Source of the DNA: Polyangia bacterium
Lineage (GTDB): Bacteria > Myxococcota_A > Polyangia > Fen-1088
DNA: 64,000 nt
NCBI GenBank assembly: GCA_036494575.1
Contig: DASXOE010000092.1
Span: forward strand, 1,732 to 65,731
Direction: 5' to 3'
The translations under genes and the position numbers were made by a program. The notes under the pieces were generated by a model. It worked only from the letters and a program-made list of their open reading frames with translations, was not told the DNA's origin and searched no databases. Shown here one piece after another: positions 34,736-42,579 of this stretch (position 1 is its first letter; every line of letters begins with the position of its first letter).

Positions 34736-35728
34736 TCAAGGCCACAGGGGCACCACCGTGCCGTCGCGGCGCACGACGGCCGCCGCGGCCGTGGCGCCGC
34801 GCGTGATTCGGAGCAGGGCGCCATCCGAATACCCGACGGCGTACGACATGCCGACGTCGGCGAGGAACAAGCGGCCGCCGTAGCGCGCGGCGAGCTCGCC
34901 CTTCGCGCGCGCACCTAGAACGTCGCCCGGAAAATCGAGCGCGCCGGGGTCGTGGCCGAACACGACGTGCTGAGCCGGCAGGGCCGTGAGGTTGTCCTCG
35001 ACGCGGGCCGTGGCGCCGGCGTCGCCCGCGTTTTGCCACCATGCATTGGCCTCGAGGATGCTGCCCATGCCGACGAGGAAGTCGTCGCCGTACCCGCTCG
35101 CGCCCTGGACGGCGTTGCGAAACTTCTTGCCGATCGAGGTGACGCTCAGCCCGTCGCTGTCACCCGAGTGGCAGAAGAACCAGTCGTCGATGAGCGCCGC
35201 GACGGGCAGGTTGCGCAGCCACGCGCCGTACGGCGCCGCGCCCGCGGCGACGGCGGCGGCGTCGAGCCCGGCGGTGGTCAGCTCGGCCTGGAACACGGCG
35301 GTCTTCGCGTCCGAAGGGCTGGCGAGGAACTCCGCCTCGTGATTCCCCAGCGTCACGATGACGCCGCCGCCCGCGGCGCGCGCCGCGGGCTCGAGCGCGA
35401 TGAGCAAGTCGATGATGGGCAATGCCGAGGAGCCCTTGTCGATCACGTCGCCCGTCACGACGAGGATCTTCGCGCCTCCTTTCCACGCCACGGGCGTTGT
35501 CGTCGTGATGAGCCCTGCGGCGGCGAGCACGTGGAAGGCGGCGTCGGGATCTCCGTGCGGATCCCCGAGGACGTCGATCTCCTGGGCGCCGTTCATCGTG
35601 ACGACGGCGGGGTGCGCCGACCAGTCGCGCGCGAAGCCGCCGCCGCCGGAGCCGCCGTGGCAGCCCGCGTGCATCGTCGCCAGCATCGTCGCGAGCGCGA
35701 GAGCCTGGATGGACCGAGGAACCTTCAT
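34736..35728 (-). CDS. calcineurin-like metallophosphoesterase lipoprotein
   Basis: ATG at 35728 with lipobox MHAGCHGG. Has the motifs DVLGDPHGD, VVTGDVIDKG, GNHE, FFCHSGD and VVFGHDPG. Confidence 0.85.
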   Translation of the reverse strand: MKVPRSIQALALATMLATMHAGCHGGSGGGGFARDWSAHPAVVTMNGAQEIDVLGDPHGDPDAAFHVLAAAGLITTTTPVAWKGGAKILVVTGDVIDKGSSALPIIDLLIALEPAARAAGGGVIVTLGNHEAEFLASPSDAKTAVFQAELTTAGLDAAAVAAGAAPYGAWLRNLPVAALIDDWFFCHSGDSDGLSVTSIGKKFRNAVQGASGYGDDFLVGMGSILEANAWWQNAGDAGATARVEDNLTALPAQHVVFGHDPGALDFPGDVLGARAKGELAARYGGRLFLADVGMSYAVGYSDGALLRITRGATAAAAVVRRDGTVVPLWP

Positions 35729-35807
35729 TCGGCGCCAGCTTCGATTGTAGCGGAGATCGCGCGGAGGCCGGACGGTCCGCATATAACGAAGCGTCGAATG
35801 CGGTAGC

Positions 35808-36926
35808 ATGCGAGCCATGCGCCGCGGTTGCATGGGGCCCGCGCTCGTCGTCCTCGTGGCCGCCGCACACGGCTGCGGCGCCGGCGTCGGCGCGAAGAGC
35901 GATGGGTCGCCCGTCGGCGCCGGAGACACTGCGGGCGACGCGGGCCCGGCCGAGAGTGGTCCCTCGACGCCCGACGCGAGCGTCGACACGTCGTCCGGAG
36001 GCGCCGGCGCGAGCGCCGATGCGCTGACCGGTGCTCCCGCGGACGCGGCGCCAGTTTCCGTCGACGCGCCGCCGGAGGCCTCCGCAGGCGAGGTCCCGAG
36101 CGCCTGCGCGCCGTGCACCGACTACGCGCCGGCGGCCGAGAGCGGCCGCGTGACGGCCGCCGCGTTGGACCAGCTCTCGGGCGTGGCTGCGAGCCGGCGC
36201 AACCCCGGCGTGCTGTTCGTGCACAACGATCACAGCACGCCGGAATTTTGGGCGCTGGGCCAGGACGGCGCGCTGAGGGCGTCATTCACGTACTCGGGCG
36301 CCACGGTGCGGGACGTCGAGGACATCGCCGTGGCGGCGTGTCCCTCTGGGACCTGCGTTTTCCTGGCCGACATTGGGGGCAACCTCGCGGCGCGCCCCGA
36401 CTACACGATCGCGCGCGTGCCGGAGCCCGTCGTCGCCCTCGGGGGCGCGCCGACGTCGGTCGCGCTCGCCGCCGACCGCCTCGTCTTCACGTATCCCGAC
36501 GCCGCCCAGCACAACGCCGAGTCGCTCATGATCGATCCGCGCAGCGGCACCCTGTACGTGATTGACAAGGTCGCCGCCGGTGCGCACAGCACGGTCTACC
36601 GACTGGCCGCGACGTTCGGCGGCGCCACCGTCATCGCGACGAAGGTCGTCGAGCTGCCGGTCCCGATGTCCGGCGACCAGCCGGCTACCGCGGCGGACGC
36701 CCATCCCTGCGGTACGGGCTTCATCTTGCGCACCTACAACACGGCGTACGAGTTCCGCATCGCCGCGACGGCGCCCTTCGAAGACGCCTTTCGCGCGCCG
36801 CCAGTCGCCGTCCCCGTCGCGCAAGAGCGACAAGGCGAGGGGATCGCCTACCAGCCCGACGGGCGCGGATTCTTCACGAACAGCGAAGGCGCGATGCAGC
36901 CCATCAATCACACCGGCTGTCGTTGA
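35808..36926 (+). CDS. hypothetical lipoprotein (propeller/phytase-like motifs suspected)
   Basis: Lipobox AAAHGCGAG and an Ala/Asp/Ser-rich linker. Also VFLADIGGN, NAESLMIDPRSGTLYVIDK and GEGIAYQPDGRGFFTNSEG. It is divergent from the phosphoesterase gene. Confidence 0.65.
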   Translation: MRAMRRGCMGPALVVLVAAAHGCGAGVGAKSDGSPVGAGDTAGDAGPAESGPSTPDASVDTSSGGAGASADALTGAPADAAPVSVDAPPEASAGEVPSACAPCTDYAPAAESGRVTAAALDQLSGVAASRRNPGVLFVHNDHSTPEFWALGQDGALRASFTYSGATVRDVEDIAVAACPSGTCVFLADIGGNLAARPDYTIARVPEPVVALGGAPTSVALAADRLVFTYPDAAQHNAESLMIDPRSGTLYVIDKVAAGAHSTVYRLAATFGGATVIATKVVELPVPMSGDQPATAADAHPCGTGFILRTYNTAYEFRIAATAPFEDAFRAPPVAVPVAQERQGEGIAYQPDGRGFFTNSEGAMQPINHTGCR

Positions 36927-36947
36927 CGCCGCGGTCCGCGCGCGAGC

Positions 36948-37946
36948 TCAAGGCGCGTCGGCGAAGCAGTAGATCGCGCCGTACCCGCCGCCCGAGCCCA
37001 CGATCGGATTGTTGGGGTTGGAGCCGCCCGTCTCGACGATGTTGACCCCGGCGCCGCAGCCGCCCTCGTCTTGTCCCGAGATCCAGTTCACGCGGTCAGC
37101 CTCGATCCACGAGAACCCGATGCGCGGGCGGCCCGAGGTCGTCGCGGCGCTCGTCCAGCCCATGCACGTCGAAGTCGCGCCGAAGAGCCGACCCTGGTCA
37201 TTCGAGCCCGTGAGGACGTGATGATTGTCGACCGCGGGCATGCTCGGGTCGGGCCGGTGGTTCGGGAGGCCGTCCTCGTTCGGAAGGTCGTTGAGGATGA
37301 CCGGGTCGGCGCCCAGGGGTCGCGTGTTCAGAAGAGCGCTCTTGCTGAGCGCGACGACGCGTCCAAGGCGGTCGTACCAGGGACCGTTGCCGATGCGATC
37401 GACGGCGTCGACGGCAGGACCGCCCGCGCCGGCGGGCACGCTCAGGAACGCGTGCCAACCCTTGGCGCCGGCGCCCGGCATCGACGTCTCCGCGACCTCC
37501 GTGCAGATCTTGTCGGCGCCGCTGAGGCCGTTGGCCTGGCCGTAACGCAAATCGCCCCCGAAGCCGTTCTGACTCTTCGAGAGGCGGCGCATGGCGACGA
37601 GGCTGGTCTCGAAGAAGCTGAAATGCGCGAGCGCGGCGTCGGTGGCGGGCGCGCCATCCTTCGGGCCGTCCGTCGTCGGCCCGTTCGAATCCGCGCTCGC
37701 GTCCGGGACCGCGCCGGCCGCGCCGCTCGCTCCTCCTTGCCCGCCTCCGGCCGCGCCGGCGAGGCCCGCGCCGGCCGCTCCAGCCGCGCCGGTCGCGCCA
37801 CCCGCAGCTCCCGCGCTCCCGGACACCGTCGCTCCAGAGGCGCCCCCGACACCGGCGCTTCCCGGTCGCGGGTTGCTCCCGGAACAGGCCGCCGCCGCCA
37901 GAAGAAACGCAATCGAGGTCGTGGCCGCGGAATTGGCGTGCACCAT
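36948..37946 (-). CDS. DUF1554-like (lectin-fold-like) lipoprotein, paralog B
   Basis: ATG at 37946 with lipobox LLAAAACSGS. The core FSFFETSLV...GGDLRYGQ...GADKICTEVAETSMPGAGAKGWHAFLS...GNGPWYDRLGR...NEDGLPNH...GGGYGAIYCFADAP is collinear with 31909-32925. Confidence 0.7.
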   Translation of the reverse strand: MVHANSAATTSIAFLLAAAACSGSNPRPGSAGVGGASGATVSGSAGAAGGATGAAGAAGAGLAGAAGGGQGGASGAAGAVPDASADSNGPTTDGPKDGAPATDAALAHFSFFETSLVAMRRLSKSQNGFGGDLRYGQANGLSGADKICTEVAETSMPGAGAKGWHAFLSVPAGAGGPAVDAVDRIGNGPWYDRLGRVVALSKSALLNTRPLGADPVILNDLPNEDGLPNHRPDPSMPAVDNHHVLTGSNDQGRLFGATSTCMGWTSAATTSGRPRIGFSWIEADRVNWISGQDEGGCGAGVNIVETGGSNPNNPIVGSGGGYGAIYCFADAP

Positions 37947-38044
37947 TGGCTCCTGTCCTGCTGCTCGCAGGTCGACTCCACAATAGCGAAAACCAGCACC
38001 GCGGTTGGAAAATCGCCGTGGTTCGTCGAAAGGTGGGCGTAGCT

Positions 38045-38770
38045 CTACAGGCGCTCGATCTTGATGTGCCGGACACCGGCGTCCTGCTCGATGGCTCGTG
38101 CGAGCTCGTGGTTCTGCAGGGGCATCACCGTTCGGACCTCGAGCGTGAGGCGTGTGCAGCCCTCGCCCGCCGTGCGCTCGTATTCTTCCTGAGAGACCTT
38201 TGCGCCGGAGCGCGAGAACGCGTCGATGACTCCTGATACGGACGACAGCTTGTCGTCGAGCAGGACCGTGATCCGCTGCCGCGGAAGGAGCTCGCCGCGG
38301 TCCTCGAACCGGCGCAAGAGGGTCAGCGCCGCGAGCCCGACGACCGTGACGAAGATGGCGATCGCGTACATGGCGCCGCCCGCCGCCATTCCGATGGCTG
38401 CCACGAGCCATAGACTCGCAGCCGTCGTCAGGCCCTTGACCGTGATGCCGGTTCTGAGGATCGCGCCTGCGCCCAGAAAACCGATCCCGGACACCACCGA
38501 AGCGGCGATGCGCGACGCATCGACCTCGACGAGGTCACCCGCGGCGTAGTGTTGGTAGAACACGAATCGCGTCGACACGACCATGAAGGTCGCCGAGGCG
38601 AGCGCGACGATCGTGTGCGTGCGCAACCCCGCTGGTCGGCCGTGAAGGTCGCGCTCGAGGCCGATCGCGGCCCCGAGGCCGGCCCCAAGCAAGATGCGGA
38701 GCAAGAGGTTGGCGTATGACACGACCGCAGTATAGGGCCCGATTCGGTTCCAAGGCGCGCTCGTCGTCAC
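38045..38770 (-). CDS. MgtC/SapB-family membrane protein
   Basis: LLRILLGAGLGAAIGLERDLHGRPAGLRTHTIVALAS ... SGIGFLGAGAILR ... GLTTAASLWLVAAIGMAAG, plus a C-terminal ACT-like soluble domain. GTG start at 38770. Confidence 0.85.
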   Translation of the reverse strand: MTTSAPWNRIGPYTAVVSYANLLLRILLGAGLGAAIGLERDLHGRPAGLRTHTIVALASATFMVVSTRFVFYQHYAAGDLVEVDASRIAASVVSGIGFLGAGAILRTGITVKGLTTAASLWLVAAIGMAAGGAMYAIAIFVTVVGLAALTLLRRFEDRGELLPRQRITVLLDDKLSSVSGVIDAFSRSGAKVSQEEYERTAGEGCTRLTLEVRTVMPLQNHELARAIEQDAGVRHIKIERL

Positions 38771-38776
38771 GTTGCC

Positions 38777-39439
38777 CTAGCCGCCGAACAAGTCCGCGGC
38801 GTTCGGCGTCGACGGCGCCGACGGCGCCGATGTCGTTGCCGGCCCCGCCCGCCGGATCGCCCGCGTCGATGACCGGGCTGCCGGGCTGGGGCGTGTAGCG
38901 CGTGCGATAGAGCTTGAGAATCTGCCCGACCGTCGTGGTGCGCCTCCAGATGCCGACGTCGTCGAGATCGAAGGGAACCGTGGGCGGCGGCATGGCCAGC
39001 ATGGGGTCGAGCTCGCCGTTGGCCCCGCCGACGTCGTGAGCGGGCATGCGGTTGTCCGAGTAGTTGGTGGCCTGGGGGTCGAAGAAGAGGTTGTAATCCG
39101 CCGCCAGCGTGCCGCTCGTGACGTCGACGCTGGGCGCCTTCGGGACGTTCATGATCAAATTCGAGCTGACGGTGAAATCGGCGCCGTCGCTCACGAGGAT
39201 CGCCGCCGTCATGATGGGCCCGTTCTGCCCGTCGAAGGTGTTGTTGGTGATGCGGACGTTCATGGGCTTGTAGATGCCGAGGATGTCGCCGATGTCGTGT
39301 CGCCGCCCACGAGCCAGTTGGATACGCCCTGGAACGAGGCCCAGCCGGCGGCGACGTTGTTGCCCTGGACCAGGACGACGGAGACGAGCCAGAGGGCAAA
39401 TTGACGGCGCCGCGAGATCCCCACAGGCGCCCGTGTCAC
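38777..39439 (-). pseudogene. frame-disrupted right-handed beta-helix-type protein remnant
   Basis: Three collinear reading-frame pieces. The first is ...QFALWLVSVVLVQGNNVAAGWASFQGVSNWLVGGD. The second is DIGDILGIYKPMNVRITNNTFDGQNGP...VIDAGDPAGGAGNDIGAVGAVDA. The third is a short ...PNAADLFGG-stop (TAG at 38777-38779). Removing 2 nt in gcgacacgacatc (around 39290) fuses the first two pieces. Confidence 0.45.
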
Positions 39440-39530
39440 CTCCGCTTCATTTCCTTACAGGAAGCTTTTGACGCCCGGTGGCAACGTCAGAATCCCGTCG
39501 GTGAGCCCGGGCGCGGTCTCTCGGCGCGGG

Positions 39531-41144
39531 TCAGTCGCCGCCGCCGCCGCCCTTGCACTTGCCGCCGGCGCACTTGCCGAGCGGCAGGCAGCTCACGGCG
39601 CAGGCGCCACAGTTGAGGTCGTCCTTCATCGTCGACACGCAGACGCCGCCGCAGCGGGTCTGGCCGCCAGGGCACGCCGTCAGACCGAGGCACGTCCCCA
39701 AGACGCAGGCCTGCCCGGGGGAACACGCCTTGCCGCAGGCGCCGCAGTCGGCCGAGCTCGTCTTCAGATCGACGCACGCGTTGCCACACGGGGTCTGTCC
39801 CGCGCCGCAATTGAGGTGACAGGCGCCCGCGCCGCAGGTCTGGCCCGCGGGGCATCGCCGGCCGCAGCCGCCGCAGTTGGCTCCATCCTGCTGGAGGTTC
39901 ACGCACGCTCCTGCGCAGAGCGTGGCACCACCGACGCACGCGCAGCTGCCGCTCATGCAGGTCGTGCCGCCCGTGCACGCGAGCCCGCACGCGCCGCAGT
40001 TCGAGGGATTGCGCGTGACGTCGACGCAGCTGCCCGCGCACAACGTCGTTCCCGCGGCGCACGTGATCTTGCAGACGCCGCCGCTGCAGACCTGGCCGGA
40101 CGCGCACGCGGTGCCACAGGCGCCGCAGTGCCGGGGGTCGGTCGCGGTGGCCACGCAGACGCCGCCGCAAAGTTGTGCGTCGCCCGGGCAGACGCACTTT
40201 CCCGCCGCGCAGGTCGTGCCGCCCGTGCAGACGACGCCACAGGCGCCGCAGTTCCGGTCGTCGTCGCCGACGTCGACGCAAGCGGCGCCGCAGGTCGTCT
40301 GGCCGGCGAGACAAGTCACGACGCACTTTCCGAGCGAACAGATCTGCCCTTTCGCGCAAGAGGTGGCGCAAGCGCCGCAGTGGGCGGGATCGCTGTGAAG
40401 ATCGACGCAGCTTCCGCCGCACGCCGTGCGCGCGCCGCTGCAGGCGCACTGACCGGACAGACACGTCGTGGCGCCGCTGCAAGCGGTCTCGCAGGTCCCG
40501 CAGTGGGCGCCGTTGCTTCGCGTGTCGACGCAGGAGTCGCCACACTTCGTGAGGCCGGTGCCGCACGTCATCGTGCAGGCGCCGCCGTTGCAGACGAGGC
40601 CGGCGCCGCAGGCCGTCCCGCAGGCACCACAGTTCTTGGCGTCGCTGTCGAGGGAGGCGCACGCGCCGGCGCAGGACGTCTGGGCCGACGGGCACACGCA
40701 CGCGCCGCCGCTGCAGATCGTTCCGCCGGCGCACGCCGCGGCGCAGGCGCCGCAGTTCGTGGGGTCGGAAGCGAGCTCCACGCACGCGCCGGCGCAAGGC
40801 ATGAGGCCCGGCGCGCACGAGGCGGCGCAAACCCCGAGATCGCACACCTGGTCCGTCTGGCAGGCCTGACCGCAGGCGCCGCAGTTGGTGGCGCTCGTGC
40901 CCGTGTCGACGCACGTCCCTTTGCACGACGTCGTTCCCTCCGCGCACACGGCGATCGAGCAATCGCCGGCCGTGCAGCCGCTCGACCCGCGCGACGGTCC
41001 GCCGTTCGCGTTGTCCGGGTCCGCGTTCGCGGGCGCGCTGCCGCCCGCTCCGCCATCGGGGCCGGACGACTGAAGGGTCATCGAGCCACAGCCGGAGGCC
41101 GCGAGCGTGCTCACCGCCAAAAACAATCCAAATATCGATTTCAT
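39531..41144 (-). CDS. STIG1-like cysteine-rich repeat lipoprotein (11 repeats)
   Basis: ATG at 41144 with lipobox LAASGCGS. Eleven ~36-37-aa units follow the pattern C-x-x-x-C-V-D-x5-(N/H/D)CG(A/G/T)C(G/A/E)xxCxxGxxCxxGxCxxxC. Ends in a poly-Gly tail. Confidence 0.85.
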   Translation of the reverse strand: MKSIFGLFLAVSTLAASGCGSMTLQSSGPDGGAGGSAPANADPDNANGGPSRGSSGCTAGDCSIAVCAEGTTSCKGTCVDTGTSATNCGACGQACQTDQVCDLGVCAASCAPGLMPCAGACVELASDPTNCGACAAACAGGTICSGGACVCPSAQTSCAGACASLDSDAKNCGACGTACGAGLVCNGGACTMTCGTGLTKCGDSCVDTRSNGAHCGTCETACSGATTCLSGQCACSGARTACGGSCVDLHSDPAHCGACATSCAKGQICSLGKCVVTCLAGQTTCGAACVDVGDDDRNCGACGVVCTGGTTCAAGKCVCPGDAQLCGGVCVATATDPRHCGACGTACASGQVCSGGVCKITCAAGTTLCAGSCVDVTRNPSNCGACGLACTGGTTCMSGSCACVGGATLCAGACVNLQQDGANCGGCGRRCPAGQTCGAGACHLNCGAGQTPCGNACVDLKTSSADCGACGKACSPGQACVLGTCLGLTACPGGQTRCGGVCVSTMKDDLNCGACAVSCLPLGKCAGGKCKGGGGGD

Positions 41145-41280
41145 GAAGCGGAGGGAACGTGGGGCTCGACTGCGTTCGTTGCAATGGTCAGCCCGCGGCA
41201 CGGGGCGCTGTTGGTCGTTACCGCTCAGGGACATCATGCCGCGCCAGCATAGCGCGCGGGCGCTGCGTGGGCCGAGGTCG

Positions 41281-42579
41281 TCATGGAAATGCGCCGGTCG
41301 CCACGATGAGATCGAGCCGCGCCTGGCGGGCGGCGTCCTCGGCGAGCGCCACCTGTGATTCGGCGTCTCGCGCTTGTCGTTCGGCGTCGATCACCTCGAT
41401 GTTGGTGCTGGCGCCGGCGCGATACGACTTGTCGGCGAGCGTCGCCGCCGTGAGGGCGGCGGCCGCGGCGGCGCGCGCCGATTGCAGGCTTTCATCCGAG
41501 TTGCGCACGACCGCGACGGCGGTGCGGACATCGACGCTCACCTCGCGCAGCAGACCCTCGAGCTGGGCGCGCGCCTCTTCGTCGGCCGCCTGTCGCTCCC
41601 TCTGAACGCCGTAACGAAGGCCGCCGTCGTAGAAAGGTATCGAGAGGACGAGCCCGGCCTGCCACCCGCGGCCCGGCTGCAGGGGCGTCCGCGTCTGCTC
41701 GAAGGCCTGGGCTTGCGCGAGCAGCGACGGCGCGTAGTAGACCCAGTCGTCTTGGCGCAGGTGCGCCGTCGCGGCGCGACGGGCCTGGAGGGCGCGCACG
41801 TCGGCCCGGTTCGCGCGCGCGACGGCCACGGCGTCGGCGGGCGTGGACGCCTGTGTCAGCGTGACCTCGTCCGCCGCGTCGACGAGATCCTCCTCCGACA
41901 GCAGGATCGCGAGGGCGCTCTGCGCCCGCACGAGCGCCGTCTGGGCGTTCTTGACCTCGGCCTCGGTCGTGCGCAATTGCTGCTCCGCGCGGGCGTCGTC
42001 GACGGCGTTGCCGAGGCCGGTGACCAGGCGCGTGTGGGCGTAGTCGTAGTGCGCGAACGCAGTTTTCTGGGCCCGCGCCACGACCTCGAGCTGCCTGTGC
42101 TGGAGGATCACCGTGAGATAGGCGCGCGCCACGGCCGTCGCGAGCTGGCGGCGCGTGTCGGCGGCGCTCAGGCGCGCGACCTCGCGGTTGTCGCGCGCGT
42201 GCGCGTCGTTGGCCCAAGCCGTGGGCGCAACGAGCGGCACGTTGAGCTGAAGGTTCCCGTTCCACTGGCTGATGGGCGTCGTCGTCGTGCCCGCGAAGGT
42301 CCTCGGGGAGTCGAGCCGGACGTACGTGCCGTTGCCGGTCAGCGTCGGCAGCCAACCCGCGCGCGCTTCCTGGACCAAGGCCGAGGCGCGCTCGATCTCC
42401 TGCCGCGCGACGACGATGGTCGGATTGCGCGCGAGCGCACGGTCGAGCGCCTGCTGCCACGTGACCTTCAGCAGGGGCGCCGTCGTGTCGGCGGAGACAC
42501 GAGTGGCAACCTCGGCGCGCGCGGCCGTCGAGACGAGGAGAATCCCGCAGGCGAGCCATCGGACGCGAGCGGCACGCAT
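41281..42579 (-). CDS. TolC-family outer-membrane factor of RND system
   Basis: The ATG at 42579 overlaps the AcrB-like stop by 1 nt (TGATG). Signal peptide VRWLACGILLVSTAARA. Has the OEP-type LKVTWQQALDRALARNPTIVVARQEIERA and a duplicated coiled-coil architecture. Confidence 0.85.
   Translation of the reverse strand: MRAARVRWLACGILLVSTAARAEVATRVSADTTAPLLKVTWQQALDRALARNPTIVVARQEIERASALVQEARAGWLPTLTGNGTYVRLDSPRTFAGTTTTPISQWNGNLQLNVPLVAPTAWANDAHARDNREVARLSAADTRRQLATAVARAYLTVILQHRQLEVVARAQKTAFAHYDYAHTRLVTGLGNAVDDARAEQQLRTTEAEVKNAQTALVRAQSALAILLSEEDLVDAADEVTLTQASTPADAVAVARANRADVRALQARRAATAHLRQDDWVYYAPSLLAQAQAFEQTRTPLQPGRGWQAGLVLSIPFYDGGLRYGVQRERQAADEEARAQLEGLLREVSVDVRTAVAVVRNSDESLQSARAAAAAALTAATLADKSYRAGASTNIEVIDAERQARDAESQVALAEDAARQARLDLIVATGAFP

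Noticed and set aside
39468-41252. Alternative long ORFs (39468..41252 +, 39487..41184 -) overlapping the Cys-repeat gene.
   Set aside because: Only the 39531..41144 (-) frame gives a lipobox signal and a regular 8-Cys repeat. The others are Ala/Arg-rich translations of the same repetitive DNA.
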